Assembly (NCBI GenBank): GCA_965116905.1
Contig: OZ220732.1
Location: forward strand, 1,248,001 to 1,312,000
DNA: 64,000 bases
Direction of reading: 5' to 3'
Source of the DNA: Longimicrobiales bacterium
Lineage (GTDB): Bacteria; Gemmatimonadota; Gemmatimonadetes; Longimicrobiales; Gaopeijiaceae
Position numbers and translations under genes: made by a program. This document shows positions 1 through 10,447 of the stretch, one piece after another. The notes beneath the pieces are model-generated. The model was not told the DNA's origin. It saw only the letters and a list, made by a program, of their open reading frames with translations, and did not search any database. Every line of letters starts with the position of its first letter. Within the stretch, counting starts at the first letter, position 1.

Positions 1-248
1 CAACCGTCCTGGAGTTGTGCGGGGAGCACGGTATTCCCACCCGCGTCGCCGACCTCTCCCTCACCGAAGCGTATCGCGCGGACGAGGCGTTCTGCACCGG
101 CACCATGGGCGAGCTGGCGAGCGTGACCGAGATCGACGGGCGAACAATCGGCGGGCGCGCGCCGGGGCCGATGACCGCGCGCCTCGGCACGCTGTACGGG
201 GAACTGACGGCAGCCTCCGGGACCGTCGTGGTGGAGCAGGCACAGTGA
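1..248 (+). CDS. Aminotransferase class IV (branched-chain/D-amino acid aminotransferase), C-terminal part; truncated by window start
   Basis: LTEAYRADEAFCTGTMGELASVTEIDGRTIG..PGPMT matches the class IV PLP aminotransferase C-terminus. Confidence 0.85.
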   Translation, partial: TVLELCGEHGIPTRVADLSLTEAYRADEAFCTGTMGELASVTEIDGRTIGGRAPGPMTARLGTLYGELTAASGTVVVEQAQ

Positions 249-907
249 ATCCCGCGACCCCCCCGGCACTGCACGCAACCCATCGGCCCGGAGCCGGTGT
301 CCACGAATCGGGAAAGGGAGAATCGGGGACGGGCACGCCGGCGCGCGACCGGAGACTCGGCTCGGTGACGGAAGCGCAACTCATACAGCGATTCAAGGAC
401 GGGGATCACAGTGTCGCGCGGTCGCTGTACGACAAGCACGTCGACCGCGTCTTCCGCATCTGCTACCGGTTCGCGGGCGAGTACGATCTCGCCCAGGATT
501 TCACGCAGGAGACGTTCGTGCGGGCGTTCACCAAGATCCACACCTTCCGCGGCGAAGCGGCCTTCGGGACCTGGTTGTCCACGGTTGCGACCAGCGTTTC
601 GCTGAACGGACTGCGCAAGGTGAAGCGCATTCGGACCCGGGAAGTCGAACTGGACGATCAGCTGCGGGGTGCCTCGCCGAGCCCCCGGCTGGAGCCCGAT
701 GTCCGCGCCGACCTGCACCGGGCCATCGACGATCTGCCGGACGGCTACCGCGCCGTCTTCATTCTGCACGATCTCGAGGGCTACACACATGCGGAGATCG
801 GGCAGATGCTCGGCATTCAGACCGGCACCTCCAAGTCCCAGCTCTTTCGCGCCCGGGCCCGGTTGCGGGAGAAGCTGGCCGTGCACGCCGGGGAGTGGGC
901 GTCATGA
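245..907 (+). CDS. ECF RNA polymerase sigma factor
   Basis: Region 2 (AQDFTQETFVRAF..F.GEAAFGTWL) and region 4 (LPDGYRAVFILHDLEGYTHAEIGQMLGIQTGTSKSQLFRAR). Start GTG 245 overlaps the upstream TGA; GTG 365 is an alternative. Confidence 0.92.
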   Translation: MNPATPPALHATHRPGAGVHESGKGESGTGTPARDRRLGSVTEAQLIQRFKDGDHSVARSLYDKHVDRVFRICYRFAGEYDLAQDFTQETFVRAFTKIHTFRGEAAFGTWLSTVATSVSLNGLRKVKRIRTREVELDDQLRGASPSPRLEPDVRADLHRAIDDLPDGYRAVFILHDLEGYTHAEIGQMLGIQTGTSKSQLFRARARLREKLAVHAGEWAS

Positions 908-1803
908 GCGACCTCGACGGCTTTGCAGCGTTCCTCCGCCGGGAGGGCACGTCCTATCACGCGCCGCCCCCGACGCCATCCGACGCGATGTGGCCGGACG
1001 TGAGTGCGCGCATGGATGCGGCCGCCTACAATGCGCCGCCGCCGGTGCTCCGCGAGGAAATGTGGGAGAGGATCGAGGCGGCGTGGTCCTCCGGGCCGGC
1101 GGTCGAGCCAACCGGAGATACCGCGCGCTCTCCGGCCCGGTGGGCAGGGAGGCGGATCCATACGGGATGGGCGGCGGGACTGGCGGCGGCTGCTTCGCTG
1201 GTGTTGGGGCTGATGCTGGGCCGCGGCTTCGCGGACCCTGGGGCTGGGACGACGGACGAACCGTCGGTCGGTTCCGCCGCCGAGACGCCGGGGCCGAACA
1301 TCGTCGAGGTGGAAACCGAGCCGACGGTGGATCCGCGCGAATCCGCACCCGCGGTCGTTGTTGCGGATGCAGCGCCCGCCGAGTCGGCCGCGGCGGAAGA
1401 GCCAGCGCAAGCCGAGGCGCCCACCCGCGTTGCTCCCACGACGCCCGCCGCGTTTGCCGCAATCGCGCAGCCCGCGGCCCACTACGAGACCTCACGGCAC
1501 CTGGACCGTGCCGCGACGCTGCTCACCGCGTTCCGGATCGATCAGGGCACGCCGATGTCACAACAGGATCTGGCCCGATGGGCCCGTGAACTGCTCGGCG
1601 ACACGCGGATGTTCCTGGACATGGAGGCGCCCCGCTCGCCATTGGAACGTGCGTTGCTCGAAGACCTGGAGCTGGTGTTGCTGCAGATCTCACGCCTGGG
1701 CCCCGGCGTACCCGACTTCGAACGGCAGTTGGCGCTCGAAAGCATGGAGTGGAAGGGCACCCTGACCCGGCTGCGCGCGGCAAGCGCTACTGGAGAGATG
1801 TGA
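904..1803 (+). CDS. Putative anti-sigma factor, single-pass membrane protein
   Basis: ATGA overlap with the sigma gene, one TM segment (WAAGLAAAASLVLGLMLGR), acidic Pro/Ala linker, helical C-terminus. Confidence 0.65.
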   Translation: MSDLDGFAAFLRREGTSYHAPPPTPSDAMWPDVSARMDAAAYNAPPPVLREEMWERIEAAWSSGPAVEPTGDTARSPARWAGRRIHTGWAAGLAAAASLVLGLMLGRGFADPGAGTTDEPSVGSAAETPGPNIVEVETEPTVDPRESAPAVVVADAAPAESAAAEEPAQAEAPTRVAPTTPAAFAAIAQPAAHYETSRHLDRAATLLTAFRIDQGTPMSQQDLARWARELLGDTRMFLDMEAPRSPLERALLEDLELVLLQISRLGPGVPDFERQLALESMEWKGTLTRLRAASATGEM

Positions 1804-1805
1804 TC

Positions 1806-1840
1806 CCAGGCGCTCGCGACGACTGAGCGGGAGCGCCTGG
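1806..1840. other. GC-rich intergenic hairpin
   Basis: CCAGGCGCTC...GAGCGCCTGG 10-bp inverted repeat without a U-tract. Confidence 0.4.
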
Positions 1841-1843
1841 CTG

Positions 1844-4618
1844 ATGGAGGAATACAAGATGACAACCCGCACGAAAGACCTCGTCACCGTCGGTTCGATA
1901 CTGGCCGCTCTGATGTTGGCGGACACCGCCGCGATCATCGCCGGCCCGCTACCCGGTTCACCTGGCGGACGCCTGTCCGCCCAGAGTACGCGGCAGATGG
2001 AGGAGGAGTTGTTCCTCCAGGCGCGGCGCGCGATCAACAGCGAAGAATTCGAGGAAGCGACAAGACTCTTCGCCGAGCTTCGCGACCGCTTCGAGCACCC
2101 GCGGTACCTCGCTGACTCGTACTACTGGGAGGCGTTCGCGCGTTATCGGCAGAGCAATCTGGACGAAGCCCTCGTCCTTCTGGAGGCGCTGTCGGTCTAT
2201 GCCGAGGCGAAGGACGGCTATTTCGTTTCTTCGCGGGGCCATGTCCCGCCGGGCCGCCTCCACGACGAATGGCGTGACCTCCGGATTCGGGTTCTCCGTC
2301 AACTCGCGGAGCGCGGCGACCCCCGCGCGGCCGAGGAGGCGTTGCGCCAGGCGGAAGCAGTGCTGCAGGCCGACACGCCCTCGGTGACGCTGGCCTCGCT
2401 GCGCGCGCGCCAGGAGTCGGCACAGAGGGCGTATCAGAGGGCGCTCGCGACGCAACGGGAGCGGCAGGAGTCGGCGCAGCGCGCGTTTCAGGAGGCGCTG
2501 ACGTCGCAGCGGTCGCGGGTGGACTCGGCCCACCGGACCTACCAGAGGGTGTTGGCCGTGGAGCGCTCACGGGCGGATTCCGTGCACCGGGCCTATCAGC
2601 GGGCCCTGTACTCGCAGCGGTCGCGCGCGGATTCGGCCCAGCGGTCGTTCCAGAGAGCCGCGAGCAGACAGCGCTCCTGGGCGGACTCGGCGCAGCGGTC
2701 GTACCAGAGGACGTTGGCCAGACAGCGGTCGCGGGCGGATTCGGCCCAGCGATCCTACCAGGGCGCGCTGTACCGGCAGCGAAGGGAAGTGGACTCGGCC
2801 CAGCGGTCATACCAGGGAGCATTGAACAGGCATCGCACACAGGCGGAAAGGGCACGCCAGGCGTACGAGAGAGCTCTGTCGCGACGTCGGATGCCGCCGG
2901 ACTCGGCCCAGCGTGTGTACGACGCGGCTCTGTCGTTGCAGAACGTCGGCCGGGATTCGGCGACAGCCGCGTATCTTGCAGTGCTGGAGGGGCGGCAGGC
3001 AGCGCAGGATTCGGCGTCGGCCGCGTACCGGGCCGCGCTCGAGGCCCAGAGGGTTGGGCAGGACTCGGCGGCCGCGGCGTACCGGGCGGCCCTCGCGGTG
3101 TTCGAAGCGCGGCAGGACTCGGCGGCTGCGGTGTACCGGGCCGCGCTGGCCGCTCAGGAGGCGGCGAAGGACTCGGCGGCGCGGGCCTACCGGGCGGCTC
3201 TGGCGGCGAAGGAGGCGCGGGAGGATTCGGCGGCGTCTGTATACCGCGCGGCGTTGGCGGCCGAGGAGGCGGCTCGGGAGGCGGCGGCGCGAGCCTACCG
3301 GGCCGCCATCGCAGGGGAACCGTCCCAGCCGGACACGGTACAGGGGGTGCCACCGCCAACGCCGACCCGTCCGGACTCGATGGCGCCGGTGCTCCAGCAG
3401 CTTCGGGCGCAGGTGCAGCAATTGGACTCGGCGACCCAAGCCATGGCGCAGGCAGCCGGGGTGGCGGATCAGGCGCCCGCGGCGGTTCTGTCGTCGCTGG
3501 CGGATTCGCTGGCTGCCGCCACCTATGCGTTGCGAGTCGACCCATTGCGAGTCGACCCATTGCAAGTCGACCCGGTGCAGATCGACGTGCTGCCGGTCGA
3601 CCTGCCGCGGATCGAAGCAGACCTTACCGTCCTGTCCCAGGCCGCGATGTACGCGGGACAGCAGGTGCCCGCGCACTGCGAGGACACCTCCGTGCAACAG
3701 GCGGCCCTGACGGCACTGTTGAGTCTGGAAACCGATCGCCTGCCGCTCATCCGGAGTGTCCTGGCACGCCACGATGAGTGCTCGCGGAGATTGCGGGAAC
3801 AGGCGGTCACATTGCTGGCGGCGCAACGCACGGTGGCTGCCCAACGAGAGCTGGTGGGTATTGCCGCCAATCACCCGGAACCGGATACGCGGGAAGCAGC
3901 CGTTCTGGCGCTGGCAAGCTTCAACACGGCTACTGCCGTCGGGGCACTAGCGGACTTGCTCATGGAATCCGTCGACTCCGATGTGCGTGGCGCAGCCATT
4001 TGGGCGCTGCAGAGCAGCAATCAGGCGGCAGCGCGCCGTGCGCTTATGGCTTTTGCCCGCGACAGCTCGCGACCGGTGGATCTCCGCAACGCCGTCCTCC
4101 AGGCGCTCGGACAGAGAATCGATGTGTCGACCGAGAGTTTGATCGAGCTCCATGGGACGACCGGATCCCAAGAGCTGGAAAAGGTGCTTCTCATGGTCCT
4201 TGGCCGCCGTGCCCAGGCGGGAGAGGAAGCCGTCACGAACTGGCTGTTCGAGCTGGCGATGGACGAGGAACAGGACTCCGATTCCCGTCAATCGGCGCTC
4301 GAAGCGTGGTCCCGGGGACCCTCCGTGGACCTGGAACGGGTCGGACGATCGTACGCGCAGATGGAAGAGCCCGAAATGAAGGAGCAGATCTTCTACGCCC
4401 TCTACCGCAGGACGCAGTCCATTGGGGACAGCGCCGAGGCGGTCGTCGGCAAGATGATCGAGCTGGCTCGGGCGGAAGCCGATCCCGCCGTACGCACGAG
4501 GGCCGTCTACTGGATTGGCCGGACAGGATCCGAACAGGCCATCGAGTTCCTTCTCGAAGTGATGCGTGAGCGCCCGAGACCATCGTCAGAAGACACGGGA
4601 GCCGGGAGCATCAGTTGA
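1844..4618 (+). CDS. Exported TPR + long helical repeat + HEAT-repeat protein
   Basis: Signal-like N-terminus, TPR-like YLADSYYWEAFARYRQ, 17 x 18-aa repeats, C-terminal HEAT repeats (VRGAAIWAL, VRTRAVYWIG). Confidence 0.75.
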   Translation: MEEYKMTTRTKDLVTVGSILAALMLADTAAIIAGPLPGSPGGRLSAQSTRQMEEELFLQARRAINSEEFEEATRLFAELRDRFEHPRYLADSYYWEAFARYRQSNLDEALVLLEALSVYAEAKDGYFVSSRGHVPPGRLHDEWRDLRIRVLRQLAERGDPRAAEEALRQAEAVLQADTPSVTLASLRARQESAQRAYQRALATQRERQESAQRAFQEALTSQRSRVDSAHRTYQRVLAVERSRADSVHRAYQRALYSQRSRADSAQRSFQRAASRQRSWADSAQRSYQRTLARQRSRADSAQRSYQGALYRQRREVDSAQRSYQGALNRHRTQAERARQAYERALSRRRMPPDSAQRVYDAALSLQNVGRDSATAAYLAVLEGRQAAQDSASAAYRAALEAQRVGQDSAAAAYRAALAVFEARQDSAAAVYRAALAAQEAAKDSAARAYRAALAAKEAREDSAASVYRAALAAEEAAREAAARAYRAAIAGEPSQPDTVQGVPPPTPTRPDSMAPVLQQLRAQVQQLDSATQAMAQAAGVADQAPAAVLSSLADSLAAATYALRVDPLRVDPLQVDPVQIDVLPVDLPRIEADLTVLSQAAMYAGQQVPAHCEDTSVQQAALTALLSLETDRLPLIRSVLARHDECSRRLREQAVTLLAAQRTVAAQRELVGIAANHPEPDTREAAVLALASFNTATAVGALADLLMESVDSDVRGAAIWALQSSNQAAARRALMAFARDSSRPVDLRNAVLQALGQRIDVSTESLIELHGTTGSQELEKVLLMVLGRRAQAGEEAVTNWLFELAMDEEQDSDSRQSALEAWSRGPSVDLERVGRSYAQMEEPEMKEQIFYALYRRTQSIGDSAEAVVGKMIELARAEADPAVRTRAVYWIGRTGSEQAIEFLLEVMRERPRPSSEDTGAGSIS
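2408..3320 (+). repeat. Coding tandem repeat, 17 degenerate units of 54 bp (18 aa)
   Basis: D/E-S-A codons recur at 2414, 2468, 2522 ... 3224, 3278 at exact 54-bp spacing; the unit at 2846 is degenerate. Confidence 0.9.
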
Positions 4619-5850
4619 TGAGCACGCCAACGGCATTCGCTCGGTCGGATGCCCCGCTTCGTCCGGCTGCCGCGGTGCCGCCTCTCGCGGCGCCTGCCCT
4701 CGCCGCGCTGGCCCTCCTGGTTCTCGCCTGCGCGGAGGACCAGCCTCCCCGCGGCTTTCCCGAAGTCCCCACCTTCGAGGGCTCGATCGATCTCGAAATC
4801 GGCGAGCTGGATGGGGACGATCCGTACCTGTTCACCAGGATCGCGTCGATCGTCGGGGACGCTCAGGGCCGACTGATCGTTGCCGACGGACAGACAAGCG
4901 AAATCCGCGTCTTCGAATCCGACGGCCGCTTCGCGTTCCGTGCCGGGGGATACGGCGAGGGCCCGGGCGAACTCTCCGACATCTGTTGCCTGGCTATCGG
5001 GCCGGACGGCGAACTGTGGGTGCGCGAGGGCTCCCGTTACAGCGTGTTCGCGCTGGAATCGGCTGGCGCCGAATACCTGACAGGCATGAGAACCCTCCAA
5101 CCGGGCATCGGCTCGCGCGATCCCTTCACCTTTGACCCGGACGACAACCTGGTCAATGTCGGGCCGGTGACGCGTCGGGACGCTACGAATCTGACCGCGC
5201 AGCTCCGCGGCGTCACGGCTCGCCTCGTTGTCAACCCCGACGGCGCGGTGGACACCGTCGTCCTGGCCGACGCAGAGCGCCAGTACACCGGTCAGGCCAC
5301 GACCGAATTCGAGCGCGAATTGGAGGGTCGCAGCATCCGCGGCATCAATTACCTCCACCACTGGTTCGGCCCGACCTGGATCCACGCGCACGCCGACGGG
5401 GGCGCCTGGGCGGAGGCCGTCACCTCGCAGTACTCGATCAACTATCACCATCCGGACGGAACCGTTTCGCAGATCGGGGGTCCGCCGCTCGAGGGGCCGG
5501 TGTTGAGCCCGGACGAACGGACTACCGCGGAGTCCAGAATCCAGCGTGACCTCGACAATTCCAGCCTCGACAATCATCCGTTCGGGATCCCCGACCGCAA
5601 GCCACCGCTCGAAGGAATGTTCTTTGACGCCGGTGGCCGGCTGTGGGTCGAGAAGTCAGCCGCCGACGGCGACGAAACCCGCGAAGCCGACGTCTGGGCC
5701 GGAACGGAACTCGTCGCCCGCTACCGCTGGCCGCGCCGTATCGCGGAATTCCCGACCCCCTGGGCCACTGAGTCGATGCTGTACGGGGTGACCACCGACT
5801 CGCTCGGCGTGCAGCGGGTGGCCCGGGTTCGGTTCGCGCCCAGGGACTGA
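4618..5850 (+). CDS. 6-bladed beta-propeller (NHL-like) lipoprotein
   Basis: Lipobox LVLAC, GGYGEGPGEL motif, DAGGRLWV blade motif; TGATG overlap with the upstream gene. Confidence 0.75.
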   Translation: MSTPTAFARSDAPLRPAAAVPPLAAPALAALALLVLACAEDQPPRGFPEVPTFEGSIDLEIGELDGDDPYLFTRIASIVGDAQGRLIVADGQTSEIRVFESDGRFAFRAGGYGEGPGELSDICCLAIGPDGELWVREGSRYSVFALESAGAEYLTGMRTLQPGIGSRDPFTFDPDDNLVNVGPVTRRDATNLTAQLRGVTARLVVNPDGAVDTVVLADAERQYTGQATTEFERELEGRSIRGINYLHHWFGPTWIHAHADGGAWAEAVTSQYSINYHHPDGTVSQIGGPPLEGPVLSPDERTTAESRIQRDLDNSSLDNHPFGIPDRKPPLEGMFFDAGGRLWVEKSAADGDETREADVWAGTELVARYRWPRRIAEFPTPWATESMLYGVTTDSLGVQRVARVRFAPRD

Positions 5851-5900
5851 TTCGCCGGGGCCCGGTCCCCGGGAGCACAAACCGCGAGGGCGCCCGCCGC

Positions 5901-6368
5901 CTACCCCTCCGTCACGTCCGCCGACCAGCTGACCTCGACCGCGCCCTCGAGGCTGCGCGCCGTCGGGCACTTCGCCACATGCGTGTCCAGCGCGCGGTCC
6001 ACCTTGTCGCGCGGCGCGCCTGCCGGCAGCCGGATCGTGTAGTGCGCGTGGATTTTCGTCAGTACCACCATCCGGTCGACCACTTCGTTGACGCCTTCGG
6101 CCCGCACGCTGATTGCGTCGTTGGCCATCGGGATCCCGCGCACCTCCAGTGCGCCGTTTAGGGTCCCGAGGAGTCAGCCGGCGGCCGCCGCGACGAGATA
6201 GTCGACGGGCAGCGGCCGGTCGGGTTCGGCGTCGAGCCGATAATGGGCCTTGATGGGTCCGTGGACGCCGAAGTCGACTTCGGTGCCGTCTTCAAGGGTC
6301 GCGCGCCGGTGGATTCCGTCCACTTTGGCGACGCTCGCACGTGCGGTATAGAAGGGTTGTTGTTCCAT
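5901..6368 (-). CDS. OsmC/Ohr-family selenoprotein (TGA at 6176-6174 read as Sec)
   Basis: Two in-frame ORFs join through TGA to give DYLVAAAAG-U-LLGTLNGALEVRGI; resolving Cys in KCPTARSL; SECIS-like hairpin follows. Confidence 0.85.
6132..6167 (-). promoter_or_regulatory. Putative bacterial SECIS element
   Basis: After UGA: GGGACCC..GCGCAC-UGGAG-GUGCGC-GGGAUCC; apical loop 26-30 nt downstream of the UGA. Confidence 0.65.
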
Positions 6369-6434
6369 GGCGGAGACCTCCTGGCGGCGATGGGCGTCGC
6401 CCCCTCGGCGAGTCATGGGGCGAACGGTCGGAAG

Positions 6435-7616
6435 TTATCCACCCACGATCCGCGCGTACAGCTCCGGATCGGTCGCGCCCTCGGTATTGAACACGAGAAC
6501 ACGCGAGCGCTCATCGAGCCCGATCGCCCGGCGTCGCTCCTCGTCCCGCGCGACCTCGATCAGGCCCAGCAACCCCGCCACGCCCGACTCCCCGCCCTCG
6601 AACGGCTCCCCCAGTTCGCCTCGCGCGGCGGCGCGCATGAGCGGCGCGATCCCGTCTTCCGGGACGGTCATGAACGCGTGGGCTCCCGTACCGACGATCT
6701 CCCACGCGAGCGGCGAGATCTCGCGGCAGCTCAGCCCCGCCATGATCGTGTGCAGGTCGCCGCGGCTCGCGCTCGGCTTCCCCGCGAGCGCACTTTGCAG
6801 GAGCCCGTCCGCGGCGGCTGGCTCGACGATCACCGCTAGGGGTCGATCCTCGCCCAGGCGCTCCCACAGGTGTCCGATCACCGCCGCCGCCAGCCCGCCG
6901 ACCCCGCCCTGGATGAAGATGTGGGTGGGCTGTGTATCATCCAGGGTGGGCCGTGTATGATCCGGGGTGGGAAGCAGTACATCCAATGCTTCACTGACCA
7001 TGATCGTGTATCCCACCATGACGTGACGGGGGATCTCCATGTATCCCGGATACGAGGTGTCCGAAATCACGGTCCACCCGTTCCGCGCGGCGTCGCTCGC
7101 CGCCTGGGCGACCGCGTCGTCGTACTCGCCGTCCACGCGCACGACCCTGGCGCCGAACGACCGGATCGCGTCGGCGCGAACCCCGGTCACGTGCCCGGGC
7201 AGGTAGACGACGGCGTCGCAACCGAACATGCGCGCGCCCCACGCGACGGAGCGTCCGTGGTTGCCGTCGGAAGCGCAGGTGACGGTCGCGGCAGCCGGGT
7301 GGCCCTCGCCACGCTTCCCGGCCGAGGAAGCCGCGCGACTTGCCGCACCCTTCATCCTCCGCCGGATACCGTACGCCCCGCCCAGCGCCTTGAAGCTGCC
7401 GAGTCCGAAGCGGCCGCTCTCATCCTTTACCCACACGGACTCGAGCCCGAGGCTTGACGCCAGCTTCGTCTCGGTGCGCAGAGGCGTCGGGGCGTAGCCC
7501 GGCCACGCCGTGATTTCGGCGAGTGCCTCGCGATGGGCGGCGCCGTCGATGATCCTTTTCAGCGCGGCGGGGTACGGCATGGCCGGGGCCGCGTCGGCAT
7601 TGAGCGTCCAGTTCAC
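6435..7616 (-). CDS. dpaL: Diaminopropionate ammonia-lyase (PLP)
   Basis: [64 protein letters not shown]. Confidence 0.88.
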   Translation of the reverse strand: MNWTLNADAAPAMPYPAALKRIIDGAAHREALAEITAWPGYAPTPLRTETKLASSLGLESVWVKDESGRFGLGSFKALGGAYGIRRRMKGAASRAASSAGKRGEGHPAAATVTCASDGNHGRSVAWGARMFGCDAVVYLPGHVTGVRADAIRSFGARVVRVDGEYDDAVAQAASDAARNGWTVISDTSYPGYMEIPRHVMVGYTIMVSEALDVLLPTPDHTRPTLDDTQPTHIFIQGGVGGLAAAVIGHLWERLGEDRPLAVIVEPAAADGLLQSALAGKPSASRGDLHTIMAGLSCREISPLAWEIVGTGAHAFMTVPEDGIAPLMRAAARGELGEPFEGGESGVAGLLGLIEVARDEERRRAIGLDERSRVLVFNTEGATDPELYARIVGG

Positions 7617-7638
7617 AACCTATTACCTTGTTTGGGCA

Positions 7639-8319
7639 ATGGATTTCCGTCAAATGTTTATCGGGTCTCGGAAAACTCGACTGCCCGATCCGGAAGACGC
7701 GCTTCCGGGCCGAGCCGAGCCGTTGCCCGTGTCCGGGTTGCACCACGTGAGCGGCAACCGGATGAAGCCGCCGTTCCCGTCGGGCTTCCAGCGAGCGTAC
7801 TTCGCGATGGGGTGCTTCTGGGGCGCCGAGCGGCAGTTCTGGGAGTTGCGCGGCGTGTATTCGACCGCGGTCGGCTATCAGGGCGGCCGGACGTCGAACC
7901 CGACCTACGAAGAGGTGTGTACGGGGGGCACCGGGCACGCCGAATCGGTGCTCGTCGTCTTCGATCCGGATGTGATCGACTACCGTACGCTCCTGGCCGC
8001 GTTCTGGGAAGGGCACGACCCGACGCAGGGCATGCGGCAGGGGGCCGATGTGGGCACGCAGTACCGCTCGGCGGTGTACGTGGTCGGGGATCACCAGCGC
8101 CACCAGGCCGAGGCGTCCCGCGAAGTCTTCCAGGGCGAGCTGTCCGGCGCCGGATACGGCACGATCACGACCGAGATCGCGGAAGCCCCCGAATTCTACT
8201 ACGCCGAGGAATATCACCAGCAGTACCTGGCGAAAAACCCGGGCGGGTACTGCGGCCTCGGGGGCACGGGCATCTCCTGTCCGAGCGGCATCCCGGAACC
8301 GGATCCCGACCGCGGATGA
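7639..8319 (+). CDS. msrA: Peptide methionine sulfoxide reductase MsrA
   Basis: [55 protein letters not shown]. Confidence 0.97.
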   Translation: MDFRQMFIGSRKTRLPDPEDALPGRAEPLPVSGLHHVSGNRMKPPFPSGFQRAYFAMGCFWGAERQFWELRGVYSTAVGYQGGRTSNPTYEEVCTGGTGHAESVLVVFDPDVIDYRTLLAAFWEGHDPTQGMRQGADVGTQYRSAVYVVGDHQRHQAEASREVFQGELSGAGYGTITTEIAEAPEFYYAEEYHQQYLAKNPGGYCGLGGTGISCPSGIPEPDPDRG

Positions 8320-9188
8320 GTCCGGACAACCGCCCCATCAACGGTCCGCCGTGGCGGGGACGGCTCTACGCGATCCTTTTCGAATCGGACAAGAACGGTG
8401 TGGCGACGGCGTTCGACGTCCTGCTGATCCTCACGATCCTGTCCAGCGTCGTGGTGGTCATGCTCGACTCGGTGGAATCGGTCGTGGCCGAGCATCGTGT
8501 TCTGCTGCTCGTCCTGGAGTGGATCTTCACGATCCTCTTCACGATCGAGTACGCGGCGAGACTGGCCGCGGTGCGTTCGAAGCGGCGTTACGCGCTGAGC
8601 TTCTTCGGCATCATCGACCTGCTGGCGATCATCCCGACCTACCTCAGTCTGCTGCTGCCGGGCACGCGCTTCCTGGTCATCATCCGGGTGTTGCGGGTGC
8701 TGCGGGTGTTCCGGGTACTCAAGCTCGTGCGCTACATGGGCGAAGCCAGGACCCTGGGACGGGCGCTGGCGGCCAGCCGCTACCGCATTATCGTCTTCCT
8801 GATCTCGGTGGTGACGCTGGTTGTGATTCTGGGGTCCTTCATGTACCTGATCGAGGGGTCGACCGCCGGTTTCACGTCGATCCCCCAGTCGGTCTACTGG
8901 GCCGTGGTCACGCTCACGACCGTGGGCTTCGGCGACATTACGCCGGCGACGGCGATGGGCAAGTTCCTGGCGGCCATCATCATGCTGATGGGATATGGTC
9001 TGATCGCCGTGCCGACGGGGATCGTAAGCGTTGAAATGGCCCAGGCGGCGCATATGGCCAGGAAGATGGAGGGGTCGCCGAGAGTGCGGGACCGGGTGTG
9101 TTCGGACTGCCACAGCGGCGGCCACGACTACGACGCGCAGTTCTGCAAGGGATGCGGGGGGACGGTGGTGGGGGTGGGGGCGGAATGA
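8316..9188 (+). CDS. Voltage-gated potassium channel (ion transporter)
   Basis: S4 segment [13 protein letters not shown], selectivity filter TTVGFGD, C-terminal Cys-rich knuckle. Confidence 0.92.
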   Translation: MSPDNRPINGPPWRGRLYAILFESDKNGVATAFDVLLILTILSSVVVVMLDSVESVVAEHRVLLLVLEWIFTILFTIEYAARLAAVRSKRRYALSFFGIIDLLAIIPTYLSLLLPGTRFLVIIRVLRVLRVFRVLKLVRYMGEARTLGRALAASRYRIIVFLISVVTLVVILGSFMYLIEGSTAGFTSIPQSVYWAVVTLTTVGFGDITPATAMGKFLAAIIMLMGYGLIAVPTGIVSVEMAQAAHMARKMEGSPRVRDRVCSDCHSGGHDYDAQFCKGCGGTVVGVGAE

Positions 9189-9958
9189 AGAAGCGGAAGC
9201 CGCCGGGCGGACCGGCGGGCGGATCGGCGGGCGGACAGGCAGGCGGATCGGCGGGCCCGGAGCGGCCGATCTCGGTGGACGAGGCCCGCGAGAAGGTGAT
9301 CGACCTCCTCAGCGAGAGCTTCGCCCAGGATCTCGTGTCCATCGAGGACTTCGAGCGGCGGGTCACCCTGGCGCAGAAGGCTCGCACCATGCCCGAGCTG
9401 GGGGCGGCGATCGAGGGACTTCGCGCAGGCGCGCCTGGCGCACCGGCTGCCCGGGGCGACGAACTTGCGGCCCTGCCGCGGACTGCGGCGGATCTGCCCG
9501 CGGGACGCATCCGGTCCGCCGACCGGGCCGTAGCCATCTTCGGCGAGACCAAGCGCAGCGGGGCCTGGATACCGGCGCGGCGCAACACCGTGGTGACCGT
9601 CATGGGGTCGATGGAGCTCGACCTGAGAGAGGCCCTGCTGGGGCCCGGCGAGACGGTCTTCACGGTGACCGCGGTGATGGGTTCGGTCGAGGTCATCGTG
9701 CCACCCGGCCTGCACGTCGAGTGCTCGGGTTCGGCGATTCTCGGCAGCTTCGAACACCTCGGGACCCGGGCGCTGCTGGCGTCCGGGGACGTGCCGATGG
9801 TCCGGATCGACGGCTTTTCGGTGCTCAGCTCGGTGGAGATCGAGTACCGGTATCCGGGTGAGAGCCGGCGCGAGGCCCGGCGCAGACGGCGAAGGGAAAA
9901 AAGGGAGCGGAAGCGTCTCCAGCGGCGGGATCGCTCGCGCCTGGGTCCCGGACGGTAG
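9185..9958 (+). CDS. DUF1707 (SHOCT-like) + LiaF-like domain protein
   Basis: REKVIDLLSESFAQDLVSIEDFERRV; AIFGETKRSGAW..MGSMELDLREA..MGSVEVIVPPG. Confidence 0.8.
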   Translation: MKKRKPPGGPAGGSAGGQAGGSAGPERPISVDEAREKVIDLLSESFAQDLVSIEDFERRVTLAQKARTMPELGAAIEGLRAGAPGAPAARGDELAALPRTAADLPAGRIRSADRAVAIFGETKRSGAWIPARRNTVVTVMGSMELDLREALLGPGETVFTVTAVMGSVEVIVPPGLHVECSGSAILGSFEHLGTRALLASGDVPMVRIDGFSVLSSVEIEYRYPGESRREARRRRRREKRERKRLQRRDRSRLGPGR

Positions 9959-10039
9959 CGGGGGCACCACCGGACGGTTACGCTGTCCGCGGCCGTTTTC
10001 GGTACCGACGACTCACTTCCTCCAGGAGGCGACAAGCCA

Positions 10040-10444
10040 ATGTTCAAGACGGAACACGCGGGACTCAAGGAGTTCGCTTACAACGCGCTACGCGTGGTTG
10101 CCGGCTTCCTCTTCGCTCAGCACGGGGCCCAGAAGCTGTTCGGCGTGCTGGGCTCGGAACCCGTGGAGAGCCTGATGAGCCTCAGAGGCGCCGCCGGCGT
10201 CATCGAGTTCTTCGGCGGACTGCTGCTGATGTTCGGGCTGTTCACGAGACCGGTCGCCTTCCTCGCCTCCGGACAGATGGCGGTCGCGTACTTCATGGTG
10301 CACGCACCGCAGGGATTCTGGCCGATCATGAACCGCGGCGAGCTTGCCGCCTTCTACTGCTTCACCTGGCTCTTCTTCTTCACGCACGGCAGCGGCCGGT
10401 ACTCCCTGGACGGGTGGCTCGCCGGCCGCAGGGAAGACGGCTAG
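10040..10444 (+). CDS. DoxX family membrane protein
   Basis: LRVVAGFLFAQHGAQKLFG, GLFTRPVAFL, GSGRYSLD; GGAGG RBS. Confidence 0.92.
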   Translation: MFKTEHAGLKEFAYNALRVVAGFLFAQHGAQKLFGVLGSEPVESLMSLRGAAGVIEFFGGLLLMFGLFTRPVAFLASGQMAVAYFMVHAPQGFWPIMNRGELAAFYCFTWLFFFTHGSGRYSLDGWLAGRREDG

Positions 10445-10447
10445 CGG

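Noticed and set aside
2408..3320. 54-bp repeats as a non-coding array
   Set aside because: They are in frame, vary at synonymous positions and conserve an amino-acid pattern, so they are a protein repeat.
6174..6176. In-frame TGAs (here and at 55922) as pseudogene lesions or UGA=Trp recoding
   Set aside because: Both fall exactly on catalytic Cys positions with downstream hairpins. TGA is the normal stop for many genes here, and tRNA-Trp has a CCA anticodon.
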